The notes: generated by a model from the letters alone, not told the origin. Shown: positions 25,720 to 39,100, numbered from the stretch's first letter. The stretch is 64,000 nt of DNA from Takakia lepidozioides (GCA_030704615.1 CM060732.1:69254001-69318000); one strand, 5' to 3'. Numbers and translations are program-made.

Positions 25720-26420
25720 GCTGCGACCGCCAGCAGGGGTGGCCGCATCTTTTTTTCTTTTCTTTATTATGTACGACCACCAGCAGGGGGGTGGTCGCAG
25801 ATTTATTTTATTTTTAATAGGTGCGACCACCAGTAGGGAGGTGGTCGCATAATTTTATTTATTTTTTAATAGGCGCGACCACCAGCAGAGGGGTGGTCGC
25901 AGAAATTTTGTTTAAAACAAATAGGTGCGACCACCACCTGCTGGTGGTCGCACTATTTTCCTTTTCTTTAATAGATGCGACCACCAGCATAGGGGTGGGC
26001 GTAGGGGGGTGGTCGCATAATTTTTCGATTTTTTAATATCTACCAACAAGTGCACTGAGTGCGACCCGGACGATTCTGGGGTCAAATCTTGCTACTTGAT
26101 GGGTGTGGTATGGTTCGTGTGTGGTGCCCCATTCCTACGCCTCTTGGCGCATAAATGAAAGAGTTATTTTCTCTTCTCACTACTAAGGGGCCTGATTTGT
26201 GAGCTGTCGTTCCCAGGTGTTTCCAAAAAATAAAAATAAAAAATAAAAAAAATAAAAAATATTGCGACCACCAGCAGGGGTAATCAGTAAATCAGTAAAT
26301 ATGTGCGACTACCAGCAGGGGGGTGGTCGCAACATTTTTCTTTTTTTTTAACAGTTGCGACGACCGCTACTGGTGGTCACACAATTGTTTTTTTAAAAAT
26401 AGGTGCGACCACCAGGAGGT
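25720..26420. repeat. internal GCGACCACC palindromic arrays
   Basis: Same unit as 17750-18160, in clusters at 25720-26030 and 26260-26420. Confidence 0.9.
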
Positions 26421-26893
26421 TGGTCCCCTTGCACCTATATGTATATTTGGAGAGGTAGATGAAAAGCACATGTATCGACTCCCCATGGATTTATGAAGGG
26501 TAAGATGAATGTTGGGAGCTACACCTGGCCTTTGTGGCTTTCGAAACCATAATAGGAAATTAACAATGTAAAGGTAATGACGAAACACAAACACACGCAC
26601 ACCACCAAACCCTTTCTTGGGTACACATATTCCACCATTTTTATTCCGTACACGTATGCATGTACCCAAACTGAAACATGGATATCCATGGAAACATACT
26701 ACACATCATGTGACAGAAGTTATAGCTGTACCTAATTCCGTCTGGCACGACGACGATGGTATGATCTCACGCCTACTACAAAATCTTCGTCCCCACTCAC
26801 TTCACCCCCGTTCCCATGATCAATGCTAGAATCATGATCTCCATCTGTTTTTTCGTTTCGAGAGGCAACTGGCCGTTGGACCTGTAGTCGTCC

Positions 26894-29682
26894 TCAGAGT
26901 ACGTTCAGTTGTCTCTCTGGTCGATTTCCACTCCTATCATGAATACCATCTAGGGTATCAAGCCTGTTCACAGGTCGGTCACCAACAAAAGGTTGCACAA
27001 TTCTCTGTCGTTTCTGGGCTTGTCCCGGATTTCGTGGTGACCTTGGAGCATGTCTCGTATGATGAAGGCTACTCGCACGTACATCAGAGAGGCCGACATG
27101 AGAGGAAGGGGCATGAGATGGACCAGTGAGGGTCGAGGGAGCATGGTTCACATACGGACGTCGTCGGGCCAGATGAAACGACAATGGTCGGTCGTCGTCA
27201 TCCGATGGTTCGACTTGCAGAAGTCCCGCAGCAGAAGAAGCATCTCCCAGGATCGGAGTAGTGATGGAAGGAATTACATGAGGGGGAGAGAGACTAGATG
27301 GACCAGCATGGGATGGACCGGCTTGAGAAAGAGAAACATGAGATAGAGCGGGGTGAGATGAAGCACGGTTCACAGGGGCACGATGTCGGTGAAGGAATGA
27401 CAACGGCCGGTTGTCATCATCCGACGATTCGACCTGCACATCTCCCACAGTCCGTGGAACTCGTGGTGGGATAGAGTTGACCTCAACTTCATTGTTGAGA
27501 GTGTGCTCAACTGGGGGAAGGGGGTCCGCAATTGGGATGACACCATGTCGCAGTTCATCAACAACAAGGTCATCGAAGGATGGATGCATTGCAGCATCAT
27601 CGTCATTAAATTCATATGGGTCATGTGGAGGATTGCCCACATCATCGGACCTATCTCAACCGTCGGAGTCGGAGTCCCTCGCGGCGTCAGTGTCATCATT
27701 GCTGTTAGATTGGACCTCTGAGGCAGATTCTTCAGACAACAGATTCTTCTCGCACCATGCAGATACGTCACTTGCTATCCTCTCTCGCAGTAGCCTACAA
27801 TTCGTGTAGACATAAACCAATTTGTCAGCCCTGGCAGGATTCAACCTGTTGTGAATCTTGTTGTGAACAAACGAGTAACTGCTCCAGTTCCGCTCACAAG
27901 ACGAGGCAGAGCACACTTGAGCAAGAATACGCTTTGCAATGGGAGCTAACATTCTTGCTCCAGCTCCAATCAGATCCCACCTTTCATGTGGCAACATGTT
28001 CATTGCTTTTGGATCCGACATGTCATGGAAAGGATTCTGGCGATCCGAGAAGCACTGGTACTCGGACAACGCTCACTCTATCATGTTCAAGGGCGCGAGT
28101 TGCATGATGACCCGTACAAGCCCGGCTTTGGCATCCACATCGTCTCTCAAATCCATATTGTCCAACAAGAATGGATTCAGCAAGGCCCCCGCATAATGCA
28201 AGTCTGTGCAAACCATCCGTTTGCGGTCGTGAAATGCATCCTCGGTCCTTGCCGCCAAATCATCGTCCATAGAAAATGGATGACGCCTCAAGGATTGCAC
28301 GTGCTTCTCAAGGTTTTCCAATATCAACCATGCTTTACCCATTATTGGTTGTTTTCCATCAAACTCCCGCAAAGCAATCAACACCGGCTCCACCATGTAC
28401 ACAAAATTTGCACATTTCGCCCAGAAATCGTCGGAGCGAATGATTGCGCGGACCCTCCAACTTTTGCTCAAAGACTTGGACTTACGAGAGTCGCGTAAAG
28501 TGCCCACATACGCATCCCATTGAGGGTCAATGATCACCTGCTCCAGACCCGCCCTCACAGTCACCAGTCGATTCACCATCAAAAAGTTTGTGGCAAAGCG
28601 GTTTTCACCCGGGTTCCTAAGGCTGTATTTGGGTTCATGCTTTCTAAACAATGCCAGAGGGATGTGATGTGTATGAACGTCACAACCGACTTTGCCTTTT
28701 ACTAGTTGTTTCATCCATTATTTTCCAATCCTCCAAAAGGAGATCAAAGATATGAGCAGCACACCCTTGGTAATATAGATGGGGATATCGTACCATCAAA
28801 ATATTGGTCATATTAACCATGTTAGATGCATTGTCCGTGCACACTTGGACAATTTTATCAGCTCCAATTTTATCGATGAAACTCGTCAACAACCCTGCTT
28901 GATAACGTGCATCTTTTATCTCCCCGCTTGTGTCAACGGATCCCAAAAATTGTTCCCCCGCAGGACAGACCAGCATGACATTGAACAGTGGTTGATTAGT
29001 AACAGAACTCCAACCGTCCGCATATATAGTGCTTCCATATTTTCAGAGAGAATCACATGTCTTTTCATTCATCTTTTGGGTGAGGTCAGACATAGCATCT
29101 TCTAGCAATCATGTGCGGAGATCGCGATAACTCGGAGGTGTGTATGTGGACTTGGAATCGGACGTGGCTTTGACAGCAGCCACAAACGCAGGAAGCCTCG
29201 AGACATTGAACGGAATATTGGCCTCGTAGAAAAATTGGGTCCACTTCTTATCCAGAGTCCTCCTGTGCGACAAATTTAAGCCGTCTTGCATTGATTGTTG
29301 CCTCAATGGTCTGGTCCGTACAAGTGCTGGCGTACAATCGGGTGTTGCTCCTGACCCACCGGCTTCTCCAGGAACAGCAGACGCCTCGCAAGAATCCCCC
29401 TGGGTACAACTCTGAGGGACAGTTTGATTCGAACCTTGGAGTGTTTGGCTCAGAAGCCGCGGCCACATCAAGAGATGGTGAGATATTGCCTCCACATTGG
29501 GCAAAGTGGGCTTTCACTCGTATGGAGGCTTTTGGGCACAAACTAACCCCTGCATTCTTCCCATCTCTGTAGCCGAGGTGATATAATATGCGACCCGCCA
29601 GCTTCAATGCACAAAGATTGCATTGAACACCGTCCTTTTTGTGCGGGTCTATGGTGAATCAAGGGATCCACTCCTCCCTCAT
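26894..29682 (-). pseudogene. hAT transposase (BED finger, DUF659-type RNase H core, dimerization domain, disordered tail)
   Basis: QCNLC...HLG...C BED finger, FFYEANIPFN, VQVCTDNASN, CAAHIFDLLLED, ENRFAT and SASSCERNWSSY...NRL. Confidence 0.93.
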
Positions 29683-30049
29683 CCTCACACCCAAAACCCT
29701 AACCACAGACTTAAGGTTGAACGAAGAACACTAGTGTACTTGGTAGATTTGTCAAGAGCAATAGAAGTTAGAACAGAATGCAATGGCCCAACACTACGGC
29801 ATCAATCCAAGTGGATCAATGCACCATGTAGTATTGTGCTTTTCGACAATTTGCTGAAGTGGCTCTAGTGGAAACCACAACAGCAAACGGTCCGCACCCT
29901 CCTCTTGGGCTTACACTCTTGCTCAAGGAATAAAGAACATTCACTCGACACAAAAGTGTTTGCCACAAAAGTAGTGAGAGGCATTATGACCACCTTATAT
30001 ACCCTCCAGCCTCCAAGCCTCACACGCTTGACGAATCAGAAGAAGTCGC

Positions 30050-30630
30050 ATGTTATTTTTTTTTTAAAAACTGCTGCGACCACCCTCATGCTGGTGGTCG
30101 CACCTATTAAAAAAACAGAAAATTTCTGCGACCACCCCCCTGCTGGTGGTCGCACCTATTAAACAAATAGAAAATTTCTGCGACCACCCCCGTACTGGTG
30201 GTCGCACCTATTAGAAGAAAGAAAAATGCTGCGACCACCCCCATGCTCGTGTCACAGAGAATATATATATATATATTTAAAAATAAAAAAAATCTGCGAC
30301 CACCCCTCGGTTGGTGGTCGCACCTATTAAAAAAACAGAAAAATGCTGCGATCACCCCCATGCTGGTGGTCGCAGATATTACAAAATAGAAAAATGTTGC
30401 AACCACACCCCTGATGGTGGTCGCACCTATTACAAATAAAATAAAAATTGTGCGACCACCAGTAGCGGTGGTCGCAACTGTTTAAGGAAAGAAAAAAATG
30501 CGACCACCCTGTTGGTGGTCGCATCTATTTTTAAAAAACGAAAAATGCTGCGACAACCCATGTGCTGGTGGTTGCAACTATTAAAAAATAAGATAAATTT
30601 GCGACCACACCACCATTTGGAGGTCGCAAC
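30050..30630. repeat. subterminal GCGACCACC palindromic array
   Basis: About ten units upstream of the transposase TATA box (minus-strand TATATAAGG at about 29995). Confidence 0.9.
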
Positions 30631-30860
30631 AATTTCACAACAATGATTTAAAAATGACCTCAACTATTGGCAGATGGAGTAATTTATAAAACAATTCAGT
30701 CACTTGCCAAGGTGTCGCTTAGAATACAACGTGTCCATCTACGTGACATATTTTTCACCTAACTCATGTTTTACTGATTTTTCGGCAAAAACTGACGTGA
30801 CGTTGGTCGCGTCAGCGTTAGGTCCGACGTGACGTGACGTCACTGACGTGTGCAACCCTG

Positions 30861-31800
30861 CCCCAAGGCACTCAAGTCTTCCAAGTTGTCTGGAATTGTA
30901 CTACTCAGTAGATTATATGAGAGATCCAAAGACTCTAATTCGCTGATGTTGCGCATGCTCCTTGGGATGGGGCATGTGAAGACATGTAGAGGAGCTCACT
31001 TGGCTGTCCAATGTCTGCTGGAATCTCACCAGTCAACTTATTTGCTCAGACGTCGAAAGAAGTTGTGGTCAATAAGACATATTCGATTGTCCTTGTCATG
31101 CCCTTGAGAGTGATTTCGAGGTCTTGAGCATAGAGAGTGAAAGTACCATTCGATCCTAGGTTTATTCCCGTGGATGCATTTGCCTTCACATTGAAGCCCT
31201 TCAACTGATCAAACGTTTTCGGGAGCCCACCTGTGAAGAAGTAGTGTGAGAGATCCAACACCTGCAATCGAGTCAGATTCCAGACCCAATCTAGAATTGG
31301 ACCACTAAGTGTGTTGTGTCCAAAACTGAGCACCCGTAATTCCTGAAAATCGCCACTCTTGAAAACTGAGATAGTCCCATTGAACTTGTTTCTACTCAAG
31401 TCAATCAACACAAGATGGGTACATTTAGCCAAGGAAATTGGAACTTGTCATGTCAATTGGTTGTTGTTCACCGATAGTGTCTCAAGAGAGTCACCAATTT
31501 TTGCCAAATCTAATGTGAATTCTCCTGTGATCAAGTTTTTACCAAGTAATATCCTCCGCAAACCCGAACAGTTCTCAAGCTCAATGGGTATGCTCCCACT
31601 TAGGTGATTGTTGCCCAACTGTAGCTCCAACAAGGATGCACGATTTCCCAAACTACTGGGAATGGTGCCTGTAAACTTGTTCTTCCATAGGTAAAGTTTC
31701 GTTAGGTTTTGCAGTCAACTGAATGTTTTCCAAGGCTAACTCCACCAGAGAGGAACAATTTCCCAAACTAGAAGGAATGGTGCCTATGAGTTTGTTGGCT
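30861..31800 (-). pseudogene. LRR receptor-like protein, middle part (LRRs and island domain), 5' end missing
   Basis: LxxLxLxxNxLxGxIP repeats (NKLIGTIPSSLG, NHLSGSIPIEL, LQVLDLSH) and island ITLKGMTRTIEYVLLTTTSFDV. Joins 17207-17511 across the TSD. Confidence 0.9.
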
Positions 31801-32866
31801 TTGTCCCTTCAGGGCAGAGACTTTGCATCATGTTGAAGTCAATGGAGAAAATACGGTCAACTGACCTTACACGTGTCAACTGTTATTGGTTTACACTCTA
31901 TGTAACATGTGATGAACTATGTTTACACCATGTCAAGATTTTCATTGGTCTAAATGATCAACTAACTTTCCACTGTGTAATGACTGGGATTGGCCTAAGA
32001 AAATCTTAAATTTAAATTATTTTGTAAACATGCCGAAATCCCTATTAATTTGAAAGTTTGTACAAGTATGAGCTAATTTTATGTTATGTTTATTGTGCTT
32101 TTGTTATTAACTCATGCAAAATCTTCAAAGTATTCAGTTATATTATCAATTACAATTGTTGATAAACTAATAAAAATTATACATACTACTTTATCTAATA
32201 TATAAAACACACACACACATATAGATATATATAAGTAAATTAAAAACAAAAAACTGGTTCGGAAAATGCAGATGCATGTACAGCCCCGTCCTCAAAGGTT
32301 TGAGCCCACGCCCACGACCAAGCTTGTAACCACTTAGACTCGATAAGTCTTATGGTCGCATCCCTAGATGCGTCGACAACATACCTGGCAGGAAGCCACA
32401 GAGGGCTTTCTTGAAAACCGCAGTGGAAATCAACTATGGTCACATACAAGTACACGATCCCATATATTTTCATCGTTCCCTTCATGTTCGGAAACTGCTA
32501 GAGAATCTCGGAAAACAAAGTCAACTAAGCAATGGACTGAAAGATGACATAGAAAATAGCACCAATGAAGGAAGGAGCCATGCACTTTTAGGCCCATTAG
32601 TACATAATGCTTTGGGTGTGATAATTTCAGGAACTTCACACCGAACTCTATAACAAAAGATCATGGCCCCTAGTATACTGTTCACATTTCCACAGTACAA
32701 AACATGGAATATATATTGAATTATGCTTGCACGGCTTAGGGTGTCACATTGCCAAAAATGAAGAGGATTATATGTTCAAAAAATAATGTAACAGTGTAGT
32801 AACACATAATATATCTTTAAAAAATATGTAACTGTCAAATAATATACAACTCTATATACACAAATA

Positions 32867-34878
32867 CTATCTTACTTTCTCTTCATCTAACTCATCTCCA
32901 TATGTATACCACCAAGGCTCATTTGGAGATACATCTTTTAATGCAACCTTAGTATTAACCATATTCAAAGTCTTAGATATAGTATGTTTTTTGTTTACTA
33001 ACGCAATACCTAATTTAAAATTTGCTTCATCTACATCTTTACTTGCGAGTGTGCCGTAGCTGCATTTGTAGTCTTGAACTTATAGAACAGTTGGTTTACA
33101 AAAAAATCGTCTTCCGTGGGTGACCCTTGTTTTGCCCAATAGATAATAGTACTGTCTTTGTCTGATTTGTCCACGTGGGTCGGCACCACAATCGACCTTG
33201 TCATATGGAATTGATGCACTGGAACTTTCGACTCTTTCAATCCTATTTTAATGTAGCTGAAAGGTCGTATTTGGTCCTCAAATAAGTCCACCACAAATCT
33301 AGGGAATTTATTTACAACTCCTTTCCAAATATGTGAAGCAATACTATCACCAGTATCCCTAAACGCTACTTCGTCTTCTACAAATGTTGATTTGCTGCAA
33401 TATTTGTCTGTATTTCCCTTGCTGGCAATGGTTGCTGCATCATATCCATGGCTTTTGGATGGCCCTGGTCCTCTCATAGTATCATGTCCACTCCTTCCCT
33501 TGTATGGTGCAGTTTGAAAACACAAATAAGCTAGACTCCTAATAGTCTGGGCTTGCATTGTATCCACCACATTTCACATGTAGATAAGATAAATGTCATC
33601 TACATTGAGATTGTCAAAATCCGCAATCAGGTGGTCTTCCTCCAATACGCCCTTCCCGTTGAAGACCACAATTGGGGTTGTCGTCTTTGCGTTGTATTTT
33701 GTGTACCAGCCCAAATATCCACCATATCTTCATGTAACCAATATGGCTTGATCCTCACTTTAGAATTGTTCGGAACATCACTATAAACTAAATGAATTTC
33801 AATATCATCAGGTAAGCCTAATTTTCGCAACAGACTTTTCCCAGTGAAAGATCCATTGCCAATTCTACATTTGGCTACAACATAGTTTGCATCTTTTGAT
33901 TGTCTTTGTGCTATTTTGACAAAGTTTACTACGTCAATAAACTGCTCAATAGAATAGATAACTACGTTATCAACTATTGTACATTACAACCAAGTTCTTA
34001 TATAGGGCTTTAAATCTATAGGCCATGGTGGATGTGTACATATCGGACAGCTTTGTTGCCCAACAGATTCAAAACATTCTACACATAACTTATGGCACTT
34101 CACTTGCCACAGCTCCTTCCGATCTAAAGGAACATTTGCATGTTCGGAATTTGACTCAAACATTGTAGCAATAGTAGTGTTCATCAAGGACTTCTCACAA
34201 GGAATAACATGTAAGATATAGTGTTCTTCGATATCCGTGTACAGGATTAGAACACGGATCTTCATACTGAAGGATAATGGTTCGAAGCTCACTGGAGTAC
34301 CTTCCACTCAACAATTGCACGGTTGATCGTTTTCGTTTTCCCAAAACTTCGTGCTTATCCACATTTGCTTCAACAAGATCCATTGTCTCATTCATCTCCT
34401 CTCAAAATGGCCACCGCACGCCAACGGTGGTTCCTTGCTTCACGGCAAACACTACACTCAGAACTGTGTGTGACAGATGTAAGACCTGAACTCATTCTAT
34501 TAACATCATAATGTTCAAGTGTCCACTCAGTTCCAAAATGATCTGAAAAACATATGGACAACATTTCTTAATACAGAGTCTTCATGTAGTCAACTTTAAA
34601 TCCTACCATCTTTATATAGCTATTATTTTTAGTTACATATCCCATTTACGTTCAACACTATCCTGAACCACGTGCATCACATACATACAACCTATTTTAA
34701 ATGATATCTTTATGATGTTGAACATGCATTCGTTATATTTAATGCTATATTTTATTTTAATTTTTGATAAATACTTTAAATGGTTTACTACTTGTTTATG
34801 TGATTTTTCAAAAGTCGGTTTGGATACCAAAAATAATTTTGCTTTATCATGAAAAGAAATATTAGGATTTTCAGTCAT
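32867..34878 (-). pseudogene. RING-finger + TET/JBP-like 2OG-Fe(II) oxygenase
   Basis: RING: TCYS/CEK...KCHKLCVECF...SCPIC. Oxygenase: VPTHVDKSDKDSTIIYW...FFVNQLFYKF, then after a frameshift (H>Y)GT...KLGIALV, matching the HxD...HGT...R/K pattern. Confidence 0.62.
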
Positions 34879-34959
34879 AATGTTAATTAAAATACTATCT
34901 TCATTTTTTCAACTAAATCTTTTTGGTTTCGTAGCGGTGTTGTAAGTGTTCTGCACAAA

Positions 34960-35985
34960 ATTATCGAAAAATGCCTGTATACCTTGGGATAGAGTTGTGG
35001 ACTTCGTCCATGGAGAGGAGAGTGTGGAGGACTGCCCCACTCAATATTGGGTACATGTGCACAGTAAAGTGGACGCCGGAGTGCGGAAAGCTCCCAGAGG
35101 GAACACCTTCTTGAGCAGTATCATGTGTGCACCATCCTCATTGTGGTTTAGGGATCTCACTGCATTGTTGTTGTGATTTGTATTTGTCTCCGACTGTGGC
35201 TTCCATAAGTCCATAGGTTGATATTTTGGCTTTGAATTCCATTTGATAGGTATCAATGTTGCTGCGGACCCGACGACAAGCGCACGGTCAATGCAACTGT
35301 CGAAGATCCAAAACAAAAGCGTGGAGGTCCGGATGTGGGTGCTGGCACTAAACACCCGCATAAAGGCCCAAGAAGGAAGAAGTCAGACTACGGAGAGTCG
35401 TACAAGCGCGGGTGCCTTTGTTGTTTCAAAGTGCAGCAATCTTATCTTGCCCCGGACATTTGTGTCCTCACATACTACAACAACATGGAGAACGTCGATG
35501 CCCTAGGGAAACCCTCCCATGGCAAGACCGCAGAGTTCAAGAACACATGGGCAGCCTATGCACCCCGCATTAGCCAGGAATTGAAAGCATGGGTCGTTGA
35601 GTGTTTGTGTCGAGGCCTCACGGTCGCACGAATCATGATGGAACACAAGGAGCATGTCATGAACAACACATGTTTGGGAGATGCATAGACACGTGATGAT
35701 TTCCTCCTCGAGCAAGATGTCCGCAACCTGGCTGAGAAACGGGCGTGGCAGACGTTCAAAAAGCATGCCAACGATGCCGACAGCGTCCACATGTGGAAAG
35801 ACCTGAACCCCGCATCAGTCTTCTTCTATCGAGAAGAAACATTGGCGCAAACCTTCAAGCATTACGATGGAGATTTGACATTCACTATTGGCATTCAAAC
35901 TGAGTGGCAGAAGCAGATAATGCTTCAATTGGGACATCCGCGTATCGTTGCATGCGATGCAACCTTCGGGACAAATCACCACAAG
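34960..35985 (+). pseudogene. Mutator (MULE) transposase N-terminal half, At1g60560-like SWIM-finger family
   Basis: IPWDRVVDFVHGEE..DCPTQY, SYKRGCLCCF, AAYAPRISQEL, RDDFLLEQDVRN and FTIGIQTEWQ...ACDATFGTNHHK, ending at a GT donor. The remainder is absent. Confidence 0.8.
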
Positions 35986-36049
35986 GTACGATTCATCCCT
36001 CTTACCATTTCTGCAAATCAATCGTTCGTAGGATGTTGCACATAGAGCG

Positions 36050-36171
36050 ACGCGTCGCGGCGACCGTGACCAACGTAGGAGCCGCCAGGGGGGTGAGGCG
36101 GGGGGGGGAGGGCCACGTAGGCAGCCCCGCTGATGGCGCATTAAACTCCAGGGCCTCTTCTATTACTTGCC
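36050..36171 (-). repeat. Mutator-like TIR (GGCAAGTAATAGAAGAGGCCC... on minus), displaced/inverted end
   Basis: 36105-36171 is identical to 61179-61245. The outer flank GAAGACAAT is the reverse complement of ATTGTCTTC, which flanks the other end. Confidence 0.85.
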
Positions 36172-39100
36172 GAAGACAATAGTGACAAATGCGACCATGT
36201 AGTCGATAATTAAACTGTCTAAATGTTTTGTTAACAACCATTTTGTAGCAATACACCGCAAATATCAACAAGAGATCCCAAATTCCTAAATTTGAACATT
36301 CATGCAAGCTCTCTAGGCTTCAAGTCTTGAAGATTGCCATATGATGTGGACTGAACCTGACAAAACCATGGCAGTCTGTAACTTATGGTTGGAAAAGAAA
36401 AATCATGGCTAAACATCAGCAAAAATTAACTAAAGGATTCATGGGTACCGCAAAATCACGAAGGTCGTCTAGTGGCATGAAGTGACAATGTCATCCACGC
36501 CCTGCTGCTGAGCGGCCTCTGTGAGGATACGCAGCCGCCCTTCATTTACATCCACTGCTATAACCCTGCCTGTTTTCACCACATGCCACACCATTCTCCT
36601 TATTCCTTAGTGAGAATCTGATTGACTTCCAATCTTCCGACTCACACACTCTCCCACCGTCACTGGAAATAATGAGGGTTCTAGATTTAAATTGAAATAT
36701 TTACTTCTTAGGAGTTCCATATGAGGGAGGAGTAGGCAACTCTTGTTGGGTAGCAAAATTTGCTTGTTGGGTTGGCAATGCAACGGCCGTCAAAAATGAT
36801 AAATGTCAACAAGGGTGATGGCTTGGTTGTCTGAATGGCTGTTTAACTATCAACTGTCTTTCAAATCCTCGAATTCACAAGGAATGTAGCAAGCAATGCG
36901 GAGATGCCGCATTTGACAGTTTGATCAAAGTCTCACACACACTGCTTTCTACTTAAGTTATCCAAAATTACCTGAGAAATCTATAGCATACCTATATGCT
37001 CTACCTACCTACCTTGATACCTGGCAGGTATCTAGCTATGTATAGGTATATATGTATACATGTGTATGTGTACGTACGTTTACCTACCTACCGTCCGTTT
37101 CGGAAATGTTTATTTTCCGGTGAGAGTTGAGGGCTCAATCGGAGAGAGAGGGAGAGAGAGTGTGAGTTGGGTTGGCAATGCAACGGCCGTCAACGATGAG
37201 GCAGAATTCTTGGCTCTGTCTGGTCTGCAGCAGTTATGTGAGGAGAAGGTCCAACTTGAGTTGGAAGCGAAGGAAGTTGAAATGTTGAATTCGAAGGCAA
37301 GATGTGATGAGTTACAAGCGATGTTGAAAATGCTAAAAACTAGAGAGGCTGGGGAATCAAGCACTAGTCCTTGCTTGGAATGAGCGTGTGTTGCACACAA
37401 ATGTTGATTTTTAGACTGTGTGATTTCTTACCTCTTTTGGAATCAACACGGGACCCAATCGGAAGTTCTAGGGTGCTCACTCAGTACATTAGATTAATCA
37501 TCAGCGGAAGGGTTGCTTGGGAAACAATGATACAAGTAAAGGTCGGATTTGAACTGCTGAATGTCAATGACTACATGCCAAAAGTAGGAGACGCAACGAG
37601 TGTCTGTCCCTGTTAGCAAATTCGAAAGCCTAGCACATAGTGCCAACTAGCCAACAAATAGCAATTGGAACCCACGCACATATGGAGTCTGTAGTAAAGC
37701 AGAGAACCAACCAGATGCATGTCTTCTAGAGCACAATTACTAGTACCAGCAAAGCCTGTGTCCATCCACTCCTACCAGCCATTGGCAGCAGAGTTGCACC
37801 CCCTAACACTCAACCTGGTTCGGGTTTAGTGTCCCGAGGTTCCCATACGAGCCTAAAGAGACAGCCCTCAGCCTGGCTTACCTCTCTCACTATGTCTGTT
37901 TCTGCTGTGTGGACATCTGGCATGAACTTTCCGATTTTTGTCTGCCAGTCTTTTTTTCATGTCAGTTGGTGCAAGTTCCGTGCTGTTATGCCTGGGGAAA
38001 AGGGCAACTTCACTTCGTTGATTCTGCGGTATAAGAGTGTAAGTTGGCTACACATGTTGTGCTAGACAACCCAATCTCTTGCAGGCAGTTCGCAATCACC
38101 TCGTACTTATCTGGGAAGTGGAAGGGTGTTTCCAGGATTTGTCATGCTCATCATTATCATGGGCGTGTGATTTTTGAGTGTTAAGTTTTTTTCTGTTTGC
38201 CCTAAATTATTGGACTATTGTTCGTTGAGTTAACAAGCTTTATGTACATGACATTGTGTGTGCTGTAGACACATCCACATGATTATGCCAGCTCTGGTGT
38301 TGAGCTATGGGTTGGTGCAGACTACACAGTTTTGTAGGTTGAGACTGTGGCCCAACTTGGGGTTCTGTCTGTTCCTTTGCATGCATTAGGCCTCCAGTTT
38401 GCTACCAGTTCACATGTGAGAAACGTGAATTATATCATATACGTATGTCAATTTTGAACTATATATGGACATGGTAAGCTGGAGTATGTGCGGTTGCACC
38501 AAAGTAGTACCTGCATTCATGGCCCTGTGAAACATAAGATCTATCAGACAACTTTTGGCCAACTTGAAGAAGAAAACGTCTTTCAAACAAGCAGCTCACA
38601 GTAAGTTAATCCTCACCACTATAACCCCAAAAGTGTAACCCCACTACATGTAGCCTCAGCTCCTCTCACCCTATCTAACCCTACATCATGCCACCCCGCC
38701 CCATGTCTGCCTTCACACCTTCTTGATGCATTTGTTCAAACTGTTGAAAAGCCTCTGCACAAATCAATTTTCATCATTAGAAGTCTACTGTGAGACTTCC
38801 TTTGCAGGGAAAAGAGAAAGAGAGTAACAAACCAACATTGTAACAAGGAGTGGCATGCAAAGTCCTAGAAAGTAGAAATACACAGTAAATGAGGTTGCAG
38901 TAGTGAAGCTAATTTCCACAGCGCTGCTCGAGGTTGTAGCGTTTCCAGATTCCAAAACACTTGCATGTTCATTAGCCGTCTGTCATGCCCGACTCATCAG
39001 ACAACACCCCTTAAACGTACTCACAAGACCTCATTCAGCCACTTACTTCCCATTAGAAAAGTTGTATCAATGCTGGTCACTCACCCTCATAAGTCAATTT

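Larger units (their letters stand above)
17512..30860 (-). mobile_element. large (13.3 kb) hAT DNA transposon with cargo genes
   Basis: 8-bp TSD CCCCAAGG (17504-17511 and 30861-30868), imperfect TIR CCTAGTTGCA / TGCAACCCTG, ACGT-rich subterminal motifs at both ends and an internal hAT transposase. It splits the LRR-RLP frame. Confidence 0.92.

Noticed and set aside
17750-30630. GCGACCACC palindromic arrays as CRISPR arrays
   Set aside because: Spacers are short A/T-rich, low-complexity runs, the repeats are degenerate, there are no cas genes, and the context is a eukaryotic transposon.
31812-31900. GGCAGAGAC... as the left TIR of the TET/MULE segment
   Set aside because: No matching inverted end or TSD was found in the window, so the boundary is left undefined.
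32240-32700. Possible hydrophobic membrane-protein remnant on the minus strand
   Set aside because: Multiple stops and no recognisable motif.
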